A DNA stretch of 64,000 bases from Candidatus Sulfobium sp. (GTDB taxonomy: Bacteria; Nitrospirota; Thermodesulfovibrionia; Thermodesulfovibrionales; UBA6898): contig JARRRI010000035.1 in the NCBI GenBank assembly GCA_037380845.1, positions 1-64,000 on the forward strand. Reading direction: 5' to 3'. How positions within the stretch are numbered: the first letter of the stretch is position 1; each line of letters begins with the position of its first letter. Both the position numbers and the translations under genes were made by a program. A model generated the notes under the pieces. That model saw only the letters and a list, made by a program, of their open reading frames with translations. It was not told where the DNA came from and did no database searches. Below, in pieces: positions 8,875-19,343 of the stretch.

Positions 8875-10074
8875 TCAGACCGGCGTATAGTCCTTGCCCA
8901 GGAGACCCTTGCCTATTATGACCTTCATGACATTCATTGTCCCTTCCGCACCCACGATGTAGGAAGCGACGCCCCTCAACCCTTTTTCGATGCCGGCCTC
9001 CCTTGTATAGCCGTATGCCCCGTGCCAGACCATCACGTCCTTAATAATCTCGAAGGCCGCCTGTGGAGAAGTGAGTTTTGCGACGGCCACCGCCGTATTT
9101 ATCTCCTCGTGACTGAACATATCCTCCTGATAGAAACGGTCGAGCATCCATGCGGCCTTACAGACAAGCATTCGCGCAGATTCGAGCTTCGCATAATCTT
9201 CCGCGAGCTGAAACTGTATGCCTTCGAACTTTCCGAGCGGAGAACCGAAAACTTTCCTTCTCTTTATATGTGCGATGCCCGTTTCAATCGTCTTCGCCGC
9301 GGCCCCGATACACGCAGCAGCCACCAGCGTGCGGGCACAGTTGAACCCCTCCATGGCATAATAGAACCCCCGGTTCCATTCTCCTATAAGGTAGTCGTCC
9401 GGTATTTCCGCTCCGTCTATTCTTATGAAGCCGTTGGATATCCCTTCCCTGCCCATCTGGCGGGAGGCGATAACCTCAACGCCGGTCTTCTCTCCTACCG
9501 GCAAATAGCAGAGTGAGAGTCCTTTATGCCCGAGGTCCGGCCCGGTTTTCACAACAGTTACGTACCCGCCGCCGCTCTCTGCCGCTTCTCTCACCCCGCT
9601 TATATAGGTTTTCGTACCTCTTACCGTCAACCGCCCGTTGCTCCTGACCAGGGAAGTCGAGGTAGACGCTATATCGGAACCCCCGGTAGCCTCGGTCGAG
9701 GCTATCCCCAGAAAGGATTCCCCCCTGGTCACTTTGGGGAGGATATCGTTCTTTGCCTTTTCTGTCCCGTATCTTTCAAAAAGGAAACCCCAACCCGCCT
9801 CAACAAGATAGTAAACTGCGACGGCCATACTCGTATCTGCCCTGGCTATCTCCTCTGCGGCGATGGCCGCCTTCATGAAATCTGAGCCGGTGCCTCCGTA
9901 ATCCTTCGATACAGTGATGCCGAGGAGACCGAAGGCCCCCATTTCAGAGATCAGGCTGCGCGGTATTTCCCCTTTTTCATCAATCTCGTCAGACAAGGGT
10001 GCGATCTTACTCTCGCAGAAATGCCGCACAGACCTCCTGAATTCCTCTTCCTCCGGCGAGAACCCAAAGTCCAT
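8875..10074 (-). CDS. Acyl-CoA dehydrogenase
   Basis: TEATGGSD, GTKTYISG, HGAYGY, GAEGT motifs. Confidence 0.92.
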   Translation of the reverse strand: MDFGFSPEEEEFRRSVRHFCESKIAPLSDEIDEKGEIPRSLISEMGAFGLLGITVSKDYGGTGSDFMKAAIAAEEIARADTSMAVAVYYLVEAGWGFLFERYGTEKAKNDILPKVTRGESFLGIASTEATGGSDIASTSTSLVRSNGRLTVRGTKTYISGVREAAESGGGYVTVVKTGPDLGHKGLSLCYLPVGEKTGVEVIASRQMGREGISNGFIRIDGAEIPDDYLIGEWNRGFYYAMEGFNCARTLVAAACIGAAAKTIETGIAHIKRRKVFGSPLGKFEGIQFQLAEDYAKLESARMLVCKAAWMLDRFYQEDMFSHEEINTAVAVAKLTSPQAAFEIIKDVMVWHGAYGYTREAGIEKGLRGVASYIVGAEGTMNVMKVIIGKGLLGKDYTPV

Positions 10075-10148
10075 TTGATGTCCCTCCCAAAGCTGATATA
10101 CTTTGACTATTCACACTATATCACAGAACAGGGTCAGCCGGAGGTATC

Positions 10149-11315
10149 ATGTCTGTGGATGTTGTTATCGTCAGCGGGGTAAGGACGCCGGTGGGAAAAT
10201 TCGGCAGGTCCCTCAGAGACATTCCCGCACCCCGCCTGGGCGCTGTCGTAGTTGCCGAAGCTCTCAGGCGGGCGGGTGTCCCGCCCGATAGAGTCGACGA
10301 GGTAATAATGGGCAACGTTATAACGGCCGGTCTCGGCCAGAACCCGGCGAGACAGGCGGCTATCTTTGCGGGGCTTCCCGTCGAGATAGGGTCCTACACC
10401 GTTAACAAGGTCTGCGGCTCCGGACTGAAGGCCGTCATGCTCGCAGCACAGGCGATAAAGGCCGGCGACGGAGACATTATCGTTGCAGGGGGGATGGAAA
10501 ACATGAGCGCTTCCCCCCATCTTTTGAAAAGCCTGAGATGGGGCCTCCGCATGGGACACGCATCCGCTCTGGATGCGATGCTGACCGACGGTCTCTGGGA
10601 CGCTTACAATGACTTTCACATGGCGATAACGGGAGAAAGAGTGGCGGCAAAATTCGGCATTACCAGGAAGGAAGCCGACCGGTTCAGTCTGGAGAGCAAC
10701 AGGAGGGCCATGACCGCCATCAGCCAGGGGAGGTTCGAAGAAGAGATAATCCCGGTCGATCTTGGGAATGTTTCCGTTGACAGAGACGAATGCGTGAGAG
10801 AAGATACCTCCATGGAGAAACTTTCAAAACTCCAGCCGGTCTTCCGGAAAGACGGCATCCTTACCGCGGGCAACGTATCGAAGCTGAGCGACGGTGCGGC
10901 CGCCCTGGTAGTCATGTCAGGGGTAAAGGCAAGAGATCTGGGCCTGACGCCACTCGCGAGGGTCGTTGATTACGCCGTCGGCGGAACCAGACCGGAAGAC
11001 GTAATGGAGGCGCCCATCCCCACTGTGAGAAAGCTTCTGGGGAAGACGGGGTTCACTATCCCGGATATCGACCTCGTAGAACACAATGAGGCCTACGCCA
11101 CGGCCTCGCTGGTGATAGAGCGCGAACTGGGCATCCCGGAGGAAAAGATGAACGTCAACGGCGGGGCGGTAGCCATCGGCCACCCGATAGGTTGCAGCGG
11201 GGCCAGGATACTTGTCACCCTCCTGTACGCCCTGAAGGACAGAGGCCTCAAGAGGGGACTCGCCACACTCTGCCTCGGCGGGGGGAATGCACTGGCGATG
11301 ATCGTCGAAAGATAG
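10149..11315 (+). CDS. Acetyl-CoA C-acetyltransferase (thiolase)
   Basis: NKVCGSG, NEA, GHPIG, CLGGG motifs. Confidence 0.95.
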   Translation: MSVDVVIVSGVRTPVGKFGRSLRDIPAPRLGAVVVAEALRRAGVPPDRVDEVIMGNVITAGLGQNPARQAAIFAGLPVEIGSYTVNKVCGSGLKAVMLAAQAIKAGDGDIIVAGGMENMSASPHLLKSLRWGLRMGHASALDAMLTDGLWDAYNDFHMAITGERVAAKFGITRKEADRFSLESNRRAMTAISQGRFEEEIIPVDLGNVSVDRDECVREDTSMEKLSKLQPVFRKDGILTAGNVSKLSDGAAALVVMSGVKARDLGLTPLARVVDYAVGGTRPEDVMEAPIPTVRKLLGKTGFTIPDIDLVEHNEAYATASLVIERELGIPEEKMNVNGGAVAIGHPIGCSGARILVTLLYALKDRGLKRGLATLCLGGGNALAMIVER

Positions 11316-11317
11316 TC

Positions 11318-12487
11318 ATGGCTTATCTCGATGAACAGAGAAGCATCATCGAAACGCTCTTCAGGGATGCCGGGGATTACCATTCTACCCTTGAATCGTT
11401 TGCCTCTTTTTTCGAAAAGGAAATAGAGCCCGGGGCGAGAAAGGTGGATCACCAAGGGTTGTTTCCGAGAAATAACCTCGCCGAGCTGGCGGAGCGGGGG
11501 TTGTTCGGAATTTCTTTCCCGCAGGAGTACGGAGGTGCCGGCCTCCCCTTTACCGTGTATGTGGCAGCAATAGAGATCCTGGCCAATGCCTGTGCAAACA
11601 CCGCCCTACAGGTATCCATACAGGGGATGATCTGCAGCGGCATAAAGCTCTTCGGCGGCGAAGCCGGGAAAGACAGGTTCCTTAAGGAATACGGCCTGGC
11701 CGCGGGCAGGAAGCTGATATCCTTCGCGCTCACCGAGCCCTGCTGCGGCTCCGACGCAAAAGCCATTCAGACAACGGCCGATCGTTCAGGAGACTCTTAC
11801 ATTCTTAACGGCAACAAAATGATGATATCGAATGCCGGTGAGACGGACTTTGCGCTGGTATTCGCCAAAGGCGTCAACGGTGTTTCGGCCTTTATCATCC
11901 CGTCTGACAGCGGCGGCTTCAACATCCTGAAACCTATAGAAAAGCTCGGCTTCAGAGGAAACCGGCTTGCGGCCATTCATCTGGAAGATTGCAATGTACC
12001 AAAAGAAAACCTGCTGGGAGAGGAGGGGCGGGGACTCGAATACGCCAAACAAATACTTAATTCCGGCCGCATTACGATAGCCGCCATAGCCGTGGGGATA
12101 GCTCAGGCGGCACTGGAAAAATCCCTGCGTTACAGCAGGAAGAGAAAGGCCTTCGGGCAGAGCATCTCGAATTTCCAGCTTGTTCAGCAGAAGCTCTCCG
12201 ATATGGCAACCGAAATAAGCGCCGCGCGGCTCCTCACCTATTATGCCTCTTCCCTTAAGGACAGGGGAAAGGACATGGCCCTCCAGGCCTCCAAGGCGAA
12301 GCTTTTTTCATCGGAAACGGCGCTTCGGGTCTGCGATCATGCGATACAGATACACGGGGGCTACGGCTATACCGACGGGTACGACGTACACAGGCACTGG
12401 AGGGACGCCCGTCTTCTGACGATAGGGGAAGGCACCTCGGACATGCTCCGGCTTCTGATCGCACACCTGTCCATGAAGGAGATTTGA
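11318..12487 (+). CDS. Acyl-CoA (butyryl-CoA-like) dehydrogenase
   Basis: ALTEP..GSD, IQIHGGYGY, IGEGTS; start placed at ATG 11318 after the thiolase stop. Confidence 0.92.
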   Translation: MAYLDEQRSIIETLFRDAGDYHSTLESFASFFEKEIEPGARKVDHQGLFPRNNLAELAERGLFGISFPQEYGGAGLPFTVYVAAIEILANACANTALQVSIQGMICSGIKLFGGEAGKDRFLKEYGLAAGRKLISFALTEPCCGSDAKAIQTTADRSGDSYILNGNKMMISNAGETDFALVFAKGVNGVSAFIIPSDSGGFNILKPIEKLGFRGNRLAAIHLEDCNVPKENLLGEEGRGLEYAKQILNSGRITIAAIAVGIAQAALEKSLRYSRKRKAFGQSISNFQLVQQKLSDMATEISAARLLTYYASSLKDRGKDMALQASKAKLFSSETALRVCDHAIQIHGGYGYTDGYDVHRHWRDARLLTIGEGTSDMLRLLIAHLSMKEI

Positions 12488-12640
12488 GTAATGACCGGGA
12501 CTGGCATGCGTGAAGGGCCCATACGTGCGGCGGGACATCGAGCCCTGCCTGTATAGCCGTCCTATTTGTATCAGAACCACTGAAACTGCGAGGGTCGCGA
12601 CGAATTACCGACAGTGGTTCATAACAGGCTGTAGTTTGGT

Positions 12641-12727
12641 CGTCATTCCCGCGAAGGCGGGAATCCATTTAAGACGGGATGGATGCCTGCCGCAAGCACG
12701 CCCGACCAAGGTCCTCGGGGCATGACG
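12641..12727. repeat. CGTC-type REP palindrome pair
   Basis: CGTCATTCCCGCGAAGGCGGGAATCC with inverted partner ending GGCATGACG. Confidence 0.8.
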
Positions 12728-12782
12728 AATGAGACTACAATACTGTGATCAGTCATGAGATTATATGGGAGGTGACGATAAA

Positions 12783-13631
12783 ATGGAAATCAAAGTGATC
12801 GCCGTAATCGGGGCGGGTGTGATGGGCGGCGGGATTGCGCAGGCGGCTGCCCATAATGGTTACAGGGTGCTTCTCGCGGACGTTGACAGGGAAACGGCAA
12901 GCCGGGGCCTCACAGCCATCGGGAAAAGACTTGAAAAGAGGGTTGCGGAAGGTAAGCTGGACCCGGACGAAAAAGACTGGACGCTTTCACATATAACCGT
13001 CTCTCAGACCCTCCAGGACTGTGAAGGAGCCGGCCTGATCGTCGAGGCAGTTACGGAAAATGAAGACACCAAAAAAGACATATTTCAAAAGCTTGACGGA
13101 ATATGTCCCCCTGAAACGATCTTCGCATCGAACACCTCATCCATCCCGATCACCAGGCTGGCCGCCCACACCCGGAGGTCCGACCGGTTCATAGGAATGC
13201 ATTTCATGAACCCGGCCTATATTATGAAGCTGGTGGAGATTGCCAGAGGCGACGACACATCCGATGAAACTACAGAAGCGGCCAGGACGCTATCGGAAGA
13301 TATGGGAAAAGTTCCTGTTGTTGTCAGGGATTCCCCGGGCTTTGTTTCCAACAGGATACTGATGCCGCTGATTAACGAGGCGGTCTTCTGCCTGCAGGAA
13401 GGGGTGGCATCGAGGGAGGGGATCGACACAGTCATGAAGCTGGGGGCGAACCACCCGATGGGCCCCCTCGAACTGGCGGACTTCATAGGACTTGACACAT
13501 GTCTTGAAATACTCGATATCCTGAAGGCCGGGATCGGCGGGAAATTCAACCCGTGTCCTCTACTGAAAGAAATGGTGGCCGAGGGCAGGCTCGGCAGAAA
13601 GAGCGGGGAAGGATTCTATGACTACAGGTAA
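12783..13631 (+). CDS. hbd: 3-hydroxybutyryl-CoA dehydrogenase
   Basis: GAGVMGGG, SNTSS, GMHFMNP, HPMGP, LGRKSG. Confidence 0.93.
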   Translation: MEIKVIAVIGAGVMGGGIAQAAAHNGYRVLLADVDRETASRGLTAIGKRLEKRVAEGKLDPDEKDWTLSHITVSQTLQDCEGAGLIVEAVTENEDTKKDIFQKLDGICPPETIFASNTSSIPITRLAAHTRRSDRFIGMHFMNPAYIMKLVEIARGDDTSDETTEAARTLSEDMGKVPVVVRDSPGFVSNRILMPLINEAVFCLQEGVASREGIDTVMKLGANHPMGPLELADFIGLDTCLEILDILKAGIGGKFNPCPLLKEMVAEGRLGRKSGEGFYDYR

Positions 13632-14391
13632 AAGCATAGGCATTGAAAGAAAAGAAGGAATCGGCACTATCACCTTCGGCAGACCGGAATCACTCAATGT
13701 CCTTGATACTTCATCACTCATGAGTTTCAGGGACGCCCTGGAGGACCTTGGAAGAGATGACGGGATAAAGGTGCTGATCATAACCGGGAAGACTCACTTC
13801 TGCGCAGGCGCAGACATAAGGGAGCTGAAAGGCAAGGAGGCAGGGTCGGCGCAGGTTTTCGCCGAGCTGGGTCATTCTGTTTGCGACCGGATCGAGAACA
13901 TGGAGAAGCCTGTCATCGCCGCGGTGAGCGGTTACGCCCTTGGGGCCGGCTGCGAAATAGCTCTTTCCTGCGACATACGCATAGCCTCCGGGGACGCGAA
14001 GTTCGGCCAGCCCGAAGTCTCACTCGGCCTGATACCCGGGTTCGGCGGAACGCAGAGGTTGACAAGACTTGTCGGCATTGGGACCGCCAAGGAGATCATC
14101 CTTACCGGACGATTTGTCGGCCCGGAAGAAGCGCACTCTATCGGGCTTATTAACAGCGTAGCAGGAGAGGACGAACTACTCGTCAGGGCCGAGGATATGG
14201 CCCGTCTTCTGGCGCAAAAGGGTCCCGTCGCGCTTAAGCTGGCCAAAAGGCTGATGAACGAGAACCACAGGATCGGGGGAGAACTCGAGATGGAGATCGC
14301 CTTCTTCGCCGACTGTTTCAAAACCGATGACCACCTCGAAGGAATAAACGCCTTTCTCGAAAAAAGGCGGCCGAAGTTCAAAGGCAGCTGA
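13618..14391 (+). CDS. crt: Enoyl-CoA hydratase (crotonase)
   Basis: FCAGAD, ALGAGCE, FGQPEV.LG.IPGFGGTQRL. Confidence 0.92.
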   Translation: MTTGKSIGIERKEGIGTITFGRPESLNVLDTSSLMSFRDALEDLGRDDGIKVLIITGKTHFCAGADIRELKGKEAGSAQVFAELGHSVCDRIENMEKPVIAAVSGYALGAGCEIALSCDIRIASGDAKFGQPEVSLGLIPGFGGTQRLTRLVGIGTAKEIILTGRFVGPEEAHSIGLINSVAGEDELLVRAEDMARLLAQKGPVALKLAKRLMNENHRIGGELEMEIAFFADCFKTDDHLEGINAFLEKRRPKFKGS

Positions 14392-14440
14392 GTCGGTGAT
14401 GCGAGATGAGATTCCCGGCAGTTCCGGTGTCGTCAACTGT

Positions 14441-14524
14441 CTCATTCCCGAGGCAGTAATCGGCAGGCGGCAATCCATTGTCTTAAAAAAGGGAAATTGG
14501 ATTCCCGCCTGCGCGGGAATGACG
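14441..14524. repeat. CGTC-type REP pair between convergent genes
   Basis: CTCATTCCCGAGGCAGTAATCGG.. and GGATTCCCGCCTGCGCGGGAATGACG. Confidence 0.75.
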
Positions 14525-14565
14525 GCAAAAAGATCGAGCGGGTCTGAGGTAGCGCCGGTCCATTC

Positions 14566-15507
14566 TCATCGCTGCGAGCCGGTCAATCCCAGTTGCTTAA
14601 CGAGTGCGCTGACCGACGATACCGACTTCCCGAAATCCTTCTTTTCAGCCTCCTCCAGTTCCAGTTCGATGATCCTTTCCACGCCGCTGCTCGCCAGAAC
14701 AACAGGTACGCCGGCATAGACACCTTCGAACCCATATTGACCCCGGAGGTAAGCCGAACACGGAAGCACCCTCTTCTCGTCGCAGATGATCGATTTGATC
14801 ATCTGGCAGACTGAGGCGGCAGGCGCATAGAATGCGCTCCCGGTCTTCAGATGCGAAACGATCTCGTCCCCTCCTTTTCTGGTCCTTTCTATAAGGGCGG
14901 CGACCCGCTCCGGGGACAGAAGAGAGGTGATGGGAACTCCCTTCACGGTGGTAAAGCGCGGCAGGGGGACCATCCCGCTCCCGTGGCCACCCATCACAAG
15001 GGCCTCGACATCCCCGGGGGACACTCCCATCTCCCAGGCCACGAACCTCCTGAACCGCGCAGAGTCGAGGACGCCGCCCATGCCGACGACCCTGCTCTCC
15101 GGAAATCCCGACACCCTGAGCACCAGCTGGGCCATGGCGTCCATGGGGTTCGTAACCACAATGATCACCGCGTGGGCGGACTGTTTCACAGTTTCCTCCG
15201 CCACCTTGCCGACGATTTCCGCGTTGGCCTTCAGAAGGTCGTCCCTGCTCATGCCGGGCTTCCTCGGAAAGCCGGCGGTAACGACAAGCACATCGGACTC
15301 TGCCGTGTCCTCGTAGCCGTTAGACCCTGTGACCGAGACGGAGGAGCTGTAAAGAGGACACGATTCGGCAATATCAAGTGCCCTGCCCTGAGGCACGCCC
15401 TCAACTATATCGACGAGCATTATGTCGGCGACATTCATATGGGCAAGGAGCATCGCCGTCGTAGCTCCTACGTTACCGGCCCCTATTATGGAGACTTTCT
15501 TTCTCAC
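14566..15507 (-). CDS. mdh: Malate dehydrogenase (LDH-like)
   Basis: GAGNVG, PRKPGMSRDDL, LDSARF, GGHG, GSAFYAP. Confidence 0.95.
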   Translation of the reverse strand: MRKKVSIIGAGNVGATTAMLLAHMNVADIMLVDIVEGVPQGRALDIAESCPLYSSSVSVTGSNGYEDTAESDVLVVTAGFPRKPGMSRDDLLKANAEIVGKVAEETVKQSAHAVIIVVTNPMDAMAQLVLRVSGFPESRVVGMGGVLDSARFRRFVAWEMGVSPGDVEALVMGGHGSGMVPLPRFTTVKGVPITSLLSPERVAALIERTRKGGDEIVSHLKTGSAFYAPAASVCQMIKSIICDEKRVLPCSAYLRGQYGFEGVYAGVPVVLASSGVERIIELELEEAEKKDFGKSVSSVSALVKQLGLTGSQR

Positions 15508-15584
15508 GGCATGGTGGCTTTCAGGTAATGGCAGAGTTTAATACTGTCCGTCCTGCCGGCATCCATCGATAAGACACACCTTTC

Positions 15585-16778
15585 TCACGACGACGCCTCC
15601 GGTTTCCTCGCGCTCACCGGCTCATAGACGCAGCCCATCTTACCGCAATAATTGCCGACATATTCCGCCGTGGGCCTGTAGAGGATCGGCTTTTCCTGGG
15701 CGTCGGCAAACTTTTCCTCTATAATGTGGGCGCACCATCCTGCTATCCTGGATATGGCAAAAATCCCGGTCATGAGGTCCGCCGGTATGCCCAGCATGTG
15801 ATAGACCGAGGCGCTCCAGAAATCGACATTCGTATGAAGGGTCTTCTTGCCCCTTTTTTCGAATTCCGACAGCGCCGCCGTTTCTATCCGGTCCGACAAT
15901 TCGTACCATTTTGTTTCCCCGAATTTTTCACCCAGACGCCGCGACATATCCTTGAGTATCCGTGCCCGGGGATCGTATGCCTTGTAAACTGCGTGACCCA
16001 TGCCCATGATCCTCTTTTTCTGGTCCAGCTGCATCGTTACCCATGCCGGGATGTCTTTCTCGGATTCGACCTCGGTGAGCATCCTCATCACCCGCTCGTT
16101 TGCCCCCCCGTGAAGACTCCCTGAGAGAGCGCCCACACCGGCTGCAACGCCGGCATACATGTGGGCCCTGGTCGAAACGACCTCACGGCAGGCAAAGGTT
16201 GAGGCGTTGAAAGTGTGGTCGGCGTGCAGTATAAGACAGATGTCCAGATCGCTCGCCAGTTCGATGTCCGGCTTCCTGCCCTGCAGCTGCCAGAGAAAAT
16301 TGCCGGCGTGTGAAAGGGAATTGTCCGGAGGCAAAGGGTCGAGACCGTTTCTTATCCGGTGCCAGGCGGCAACAAGGGCCGGTATCCGGGCTATAAGGGC
16401 GACCGCCTTCCTCATGTTCCCCTCTCTGGTCTCATCTGACAGTTGCGGATCCGAGATTGCCAGCAGAGGCATCGCCGCCTGCAGGACGTCCATCGGCATA
16501 GCCTCTTCCGGCAGCTCCCTGAGGCAGTCCAGGACGAAACCCGGAAGTTCTCCGGCATCCCGCAGTTGCTCAATGAAGATACTCATCTCCTTTTCATCGG
16601 GAAGTCTGTCATGGAGAAGAAGCCAGCAGACCTCGGGGAAAGTGGATTTTTCCGAGAGCTCTTCTATCCTGTATCCCCGGTAAAGGAGAATCCCTTTTTC
16701 GCCGTCGATATAGCTGATCTTTGTGTCTGCAACCGTAATGCCCCGCAGACCGGTATTCTTTACACGCACCTCACTCAT
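15585..16778 (-). CDS. gltA: Citrate synthase (or 2-methylcitrate synthase)
   Basis: HADH.FNAST, LHGGAN, GMGHAVYK..DPR, NVDF. Confidence 0.88.
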   Translation of the reverse strand: MSEVRVKNTGLRGITVADTKISYIDGEKGILLYRGYRIEELSEKSTFPEVCWLLLHDRLPDEKEMSIFIEQLRDAGELPGFVLDCLRELPEEAMPMDVLQAAMPLLAISDPQLSDETREGNMRKAVALIARIPALVAAWHRIRNGLDPLPPDNSLSHAGNFLWQLQGRKPDIELASDLDICLILHADHTFNASTFACREVVSTRAHMYAGVAAGVGALSGSLHGGANERVMRMLTEVESEKDIPAWVTMQLDQKKRIMGMGHAVYKAYDPRARILKDMSRRLGEKFGETKWYELSDRIETAALSEFEKRGKKTLHTNVDFWSASVYHMLGIPADLMTGIFAISRIAGWCAHIIEEKFADAQEKPILYRPTAEYVGNYCGKMGCVYEPVSARKPEASS

Positions 16779-18712
16779 TTTTTCAACTCCTGTTTTACAA
16801 AGTTCAATGTGCCGCCGGCGAGCAGATGCTTCCGCTGCCGCTCTGAGACATCGAGTATCGTCGTGACTGAATTGCCATCGACTTCGACCGGGATCTCAAT
16901 GTCGCCCGCTTCAATATGCCGCCTCACATCGGGAAAGACTACTTTCGAACCCTTGCCGAAGCGCCCGTAATCTTCGGGATCGTCGAAAGTAAGAGGGATG
17001 ATCCCCCAGTTGCAGAGATTCGCCTTGTGGATGCGCGCAAAGCTCTTTGCGATCTTGGCGCAGACCCCGAGATATCGCGGCGCAAGTGCGGCGTGTTCCC
17101 TGCTCGATCCCTGTCCGTAGTTCTCGCCGCCGATTACGACAACCGCTCCCTTCTCCTTGCAGTTACCCGCAAAATCGGGGTCGATCCTGGAAAAAACGAA
17201 TCCGCTGATCGCTTCTATGTTGGAGCGGAAGGGAAGTACTTTGCTCCCCGCGGGCATGATGCCGTCCGTCGATATGTTGTCGCCCACCTTAAGGACCACC
17301 TCCGCTTCCAACCTCCCGGGGAGCGGAGGGAATTGCGGCAGAGGCCTTATGTTCGGCCCCCTGATGACCTCGGTAGTGCGAAGTTTATCCGAAGGGAAAA
17401 CGATGGATGACTCGTCTATCAGATATCTTTCGGGGTCCTTTATGCGGGGGTACTTCATCTCCCCTGCAAGGTCCCGGGGATCGGTTATCATTCCCTTTAG
17501 TGCGGCAGCGGCGGCCGTCTCCGGCGAACACAGATAGACCTGATCGTCGTCCGTTCCGGACCGTCCCGGGAAATTCCGGGGGAAGGTCCTCAGGCTGACC
17601 TGACCCGTCCCCGGCGCCTGTCCCATTCCGATGCAGCCCAGACAGCCCGGCTCATGAATCCTCGCTCCGGCGGCCAGCAGAGAGATAAGGCCTCCCTGGG
17701 CAGCGACGTTTTCGAGTACCTGCCTGCTCCCCGGGTTGATATTGAACGCGGTTCCGGGACTGCAGTGCCGCCCCTCCGTAATTTTGGCGGTCACCATAAG
17801 GTCCCTGAAAGAGGAGTTTACACTGCTGCCCACGATCACCTGGTCCACCTTGACGCCCTCCACTTCCCTCACCTTTACGACGTTGCCCGGCGATGAAGGC
17901 TTCGCAATGAGAGGCACGAGAGACGAAAGGTCGATCTCGTCGTATTCATCGTATTCCGCACCACTGTCCGCGTACCACTCCGTCCATGCCTTTCCCCTTC
18001 CCTGTGCGTCGAGATACGAACGGGTGTTTTCGTCGGACGGGAAGACGGTGCCCGTGGCCCCCAGTTCGGTCCCCATATTTCCTATGGTCTCCCGGTCGGT
18101 CGCCGAGAGCGATTTCACACCCTCCCCGTAATACTCTATCACCTTCCCGACGCAGCCCTTTACGCCGTGACGGCGAAGCATTTCCAGTATCACGTCCTTG
18201 GCGCTCACCCAGTCGGGAAGACGGCCCGTAAGTTTCACCCCCAATATCCTGGGGCAGGCAAGATGATAAGGATAACCGGCCATGGCCAAGGCCACATCGA
18301 GCCCTCCCGCCCCTATGCCAAGCATCGACACGCCGGCAGCGCCCGGGGTATGGCTGTCGGCCCCCAGGATTATTTTCCCCGGCGCCCCGAAACGCTCCAT
18401 ATGCACCTGATGGGAAACTCCGTTTCCCGGAGGACTGAAGTGGACCCCATATCGCGCACTGGCGGTCCGGAGATAGACATGATCGTCGGCGTTCTTGAAG
18501 TCGGACTGGAGGGTGTTGTGGTCGACATACTGGGCAGCAAGCTCGACCTTTACCCGGTCGATCCCCAGCGCCTCGAATTCAAGCATTCCGAGTGTCCCGG
18601 TCGCGTCCTGAAGGAGCGTATGGTCGATCCGTATGCCGATCTCCTTTCCGGGAACAAGTTCTCCCTCTACGAGGTGAGCTTCGAGGATCTTATGTGCGAG
18701 GTTTTCTGCCAT
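16775..18712 (-). CDS. Aconitate hydratase (short ~645-aa type)
   Basis: DHN, DSHT, CLGCIG, RNFPGRSG, GQGSSREHA. Confidence 0.92.
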   Translation of the reverse strand: MAENLAHKILEAHLVEGELVPGKEIGIRIDHTLLQDATGTLGMLEFEALGIDRVKVELAAQYVDHNTLQSDFKNADDHVYLRTASARYGVHFSPPGNGVSHQVHMERFGAPGKIILGADSHTPGAAGVSMLGIGAGGLDVALAMAGYPYHLACPRILGVKLTGRLPDWVSAKDVILEMLRRHGVKGCVGKVIEYYGEGVKSLSATDRETIGNMGTELGATGTVFPSDENTRSYLDAQGRGKAWTEWYADSGAEYDEYDEIDLSSLVPLIAKPSSPGNVVKVREVEGVKVDQVIVGSSVNSSFRDLMVTAKITEGRHCSPGTAFNINPGSRQVLENVAAQGGLISLLAAGARIHEPGCLGCIGMGQAPGTGQVSLRTFPRNFPGRSGTDDDQVYLCSPETAAAAALKGMITDPRDLAGEMKYPRIKDPERYLIDESSIVFPSDKLRTTEVIRGPNIRPLPQFPPLPGRLEAEVVLKVGDNISTDGIMPAGSKVLPFRSNIEAISGFVFSRIDPDFAGNCKEKGAVVVIGGENYGQGSSREHAALAPRYLGVCAKIAKSFARIHKANLCNWGIIPLTFDDPEDYGRFGKGSKVVFPDVRRHIEAGDIEIPVEVDGNSVTTILDVSERQRKHLLAGGTLNFVKQELKK

Positions 18713-18764
18713 TATGCAAAGTATATCAGGGAAAAGAGAGAGTGGCTAGAGAGGACAGGACAAC

Positions 18765-18867
18765 TCAAATTCGTCATTCCCGGGTCAGTAATCGGGTCGA
18801 AGCGACTCTCAGCGAAGTCGTAGCGACCCTACGCGGAGACCCGCTTCGGGACTCGCATCGGGAATCC
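18765..18867 (+). repeat. CGTC-type REP with two nested hairpin inserts
   Basis: Base unit CGTCATTCCCG..GTAATCGGG|AATCC interrupted at 18797-18862. Confidence 0.75.
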
Positions 18868-18965
18868 ATGTCTTCAGACAGAGCGGCCACTGCCGGCAGG
18901 ATTGCTATTATTTCTGTGCCGGGTCAATAATTAATGGTGAATCGAGCCTTGCTAATAAGGTCGGC

Positions 18966-19343
18966 ATGAAAGAGAAATCGGGCCGTATTAAGAAGCGCCT
19001 TTACCTCGTTGCAGCCATTATCCTGCTGGCAGGGATGGGGATCTCCGCATTTATATATCTCACGGCTGACAATGATCCCGGGACAGTCCTGGGATATGAG
19101 GTCATAGGAGGGGATGTTTATCCGATCAGGCCGGACGACTCCAAGATGTACAGACATGACCTTGAAGTTTACGGCGGAAAGGCAAACGTGCTGATGGACA
19201 AGTTCATGCGCTGGTTTGCTTCCTTATGGCACGGCAGGTCACTGGCACTGACGATAGCCTGTATTACAGTGTTGATCTCCCTGGGGTTCTTTCTTGTGTC
19301 CTATCACTGGCAGTCCGGGCCGGACTCCGATGACCCGGACTGA
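18966..19343 (+). CDS. Hypothetical two-TM membrane protein
   Basis: Two hydrophobic segments flanking YxHDLExYGGKAN. Confidence 0.7.
   Translation: MKEKSGRIKKRLYLVAAIILLAGMGISAFIYLTADNDPGTVLGYEVIGGDVYPIRPDDSKMYRHDLEVYGGKANVLMDKFMRWFASLWHGRSLALTIACITVLISLGFFLVSYHWQSGPDSDDPD

Noticed and set aside
11192..11317. Extension of the acyl-CoA dehydrogenase ORF
   Set aside because: Overlaps the thiolase; ATG 11318 is the plausible start.
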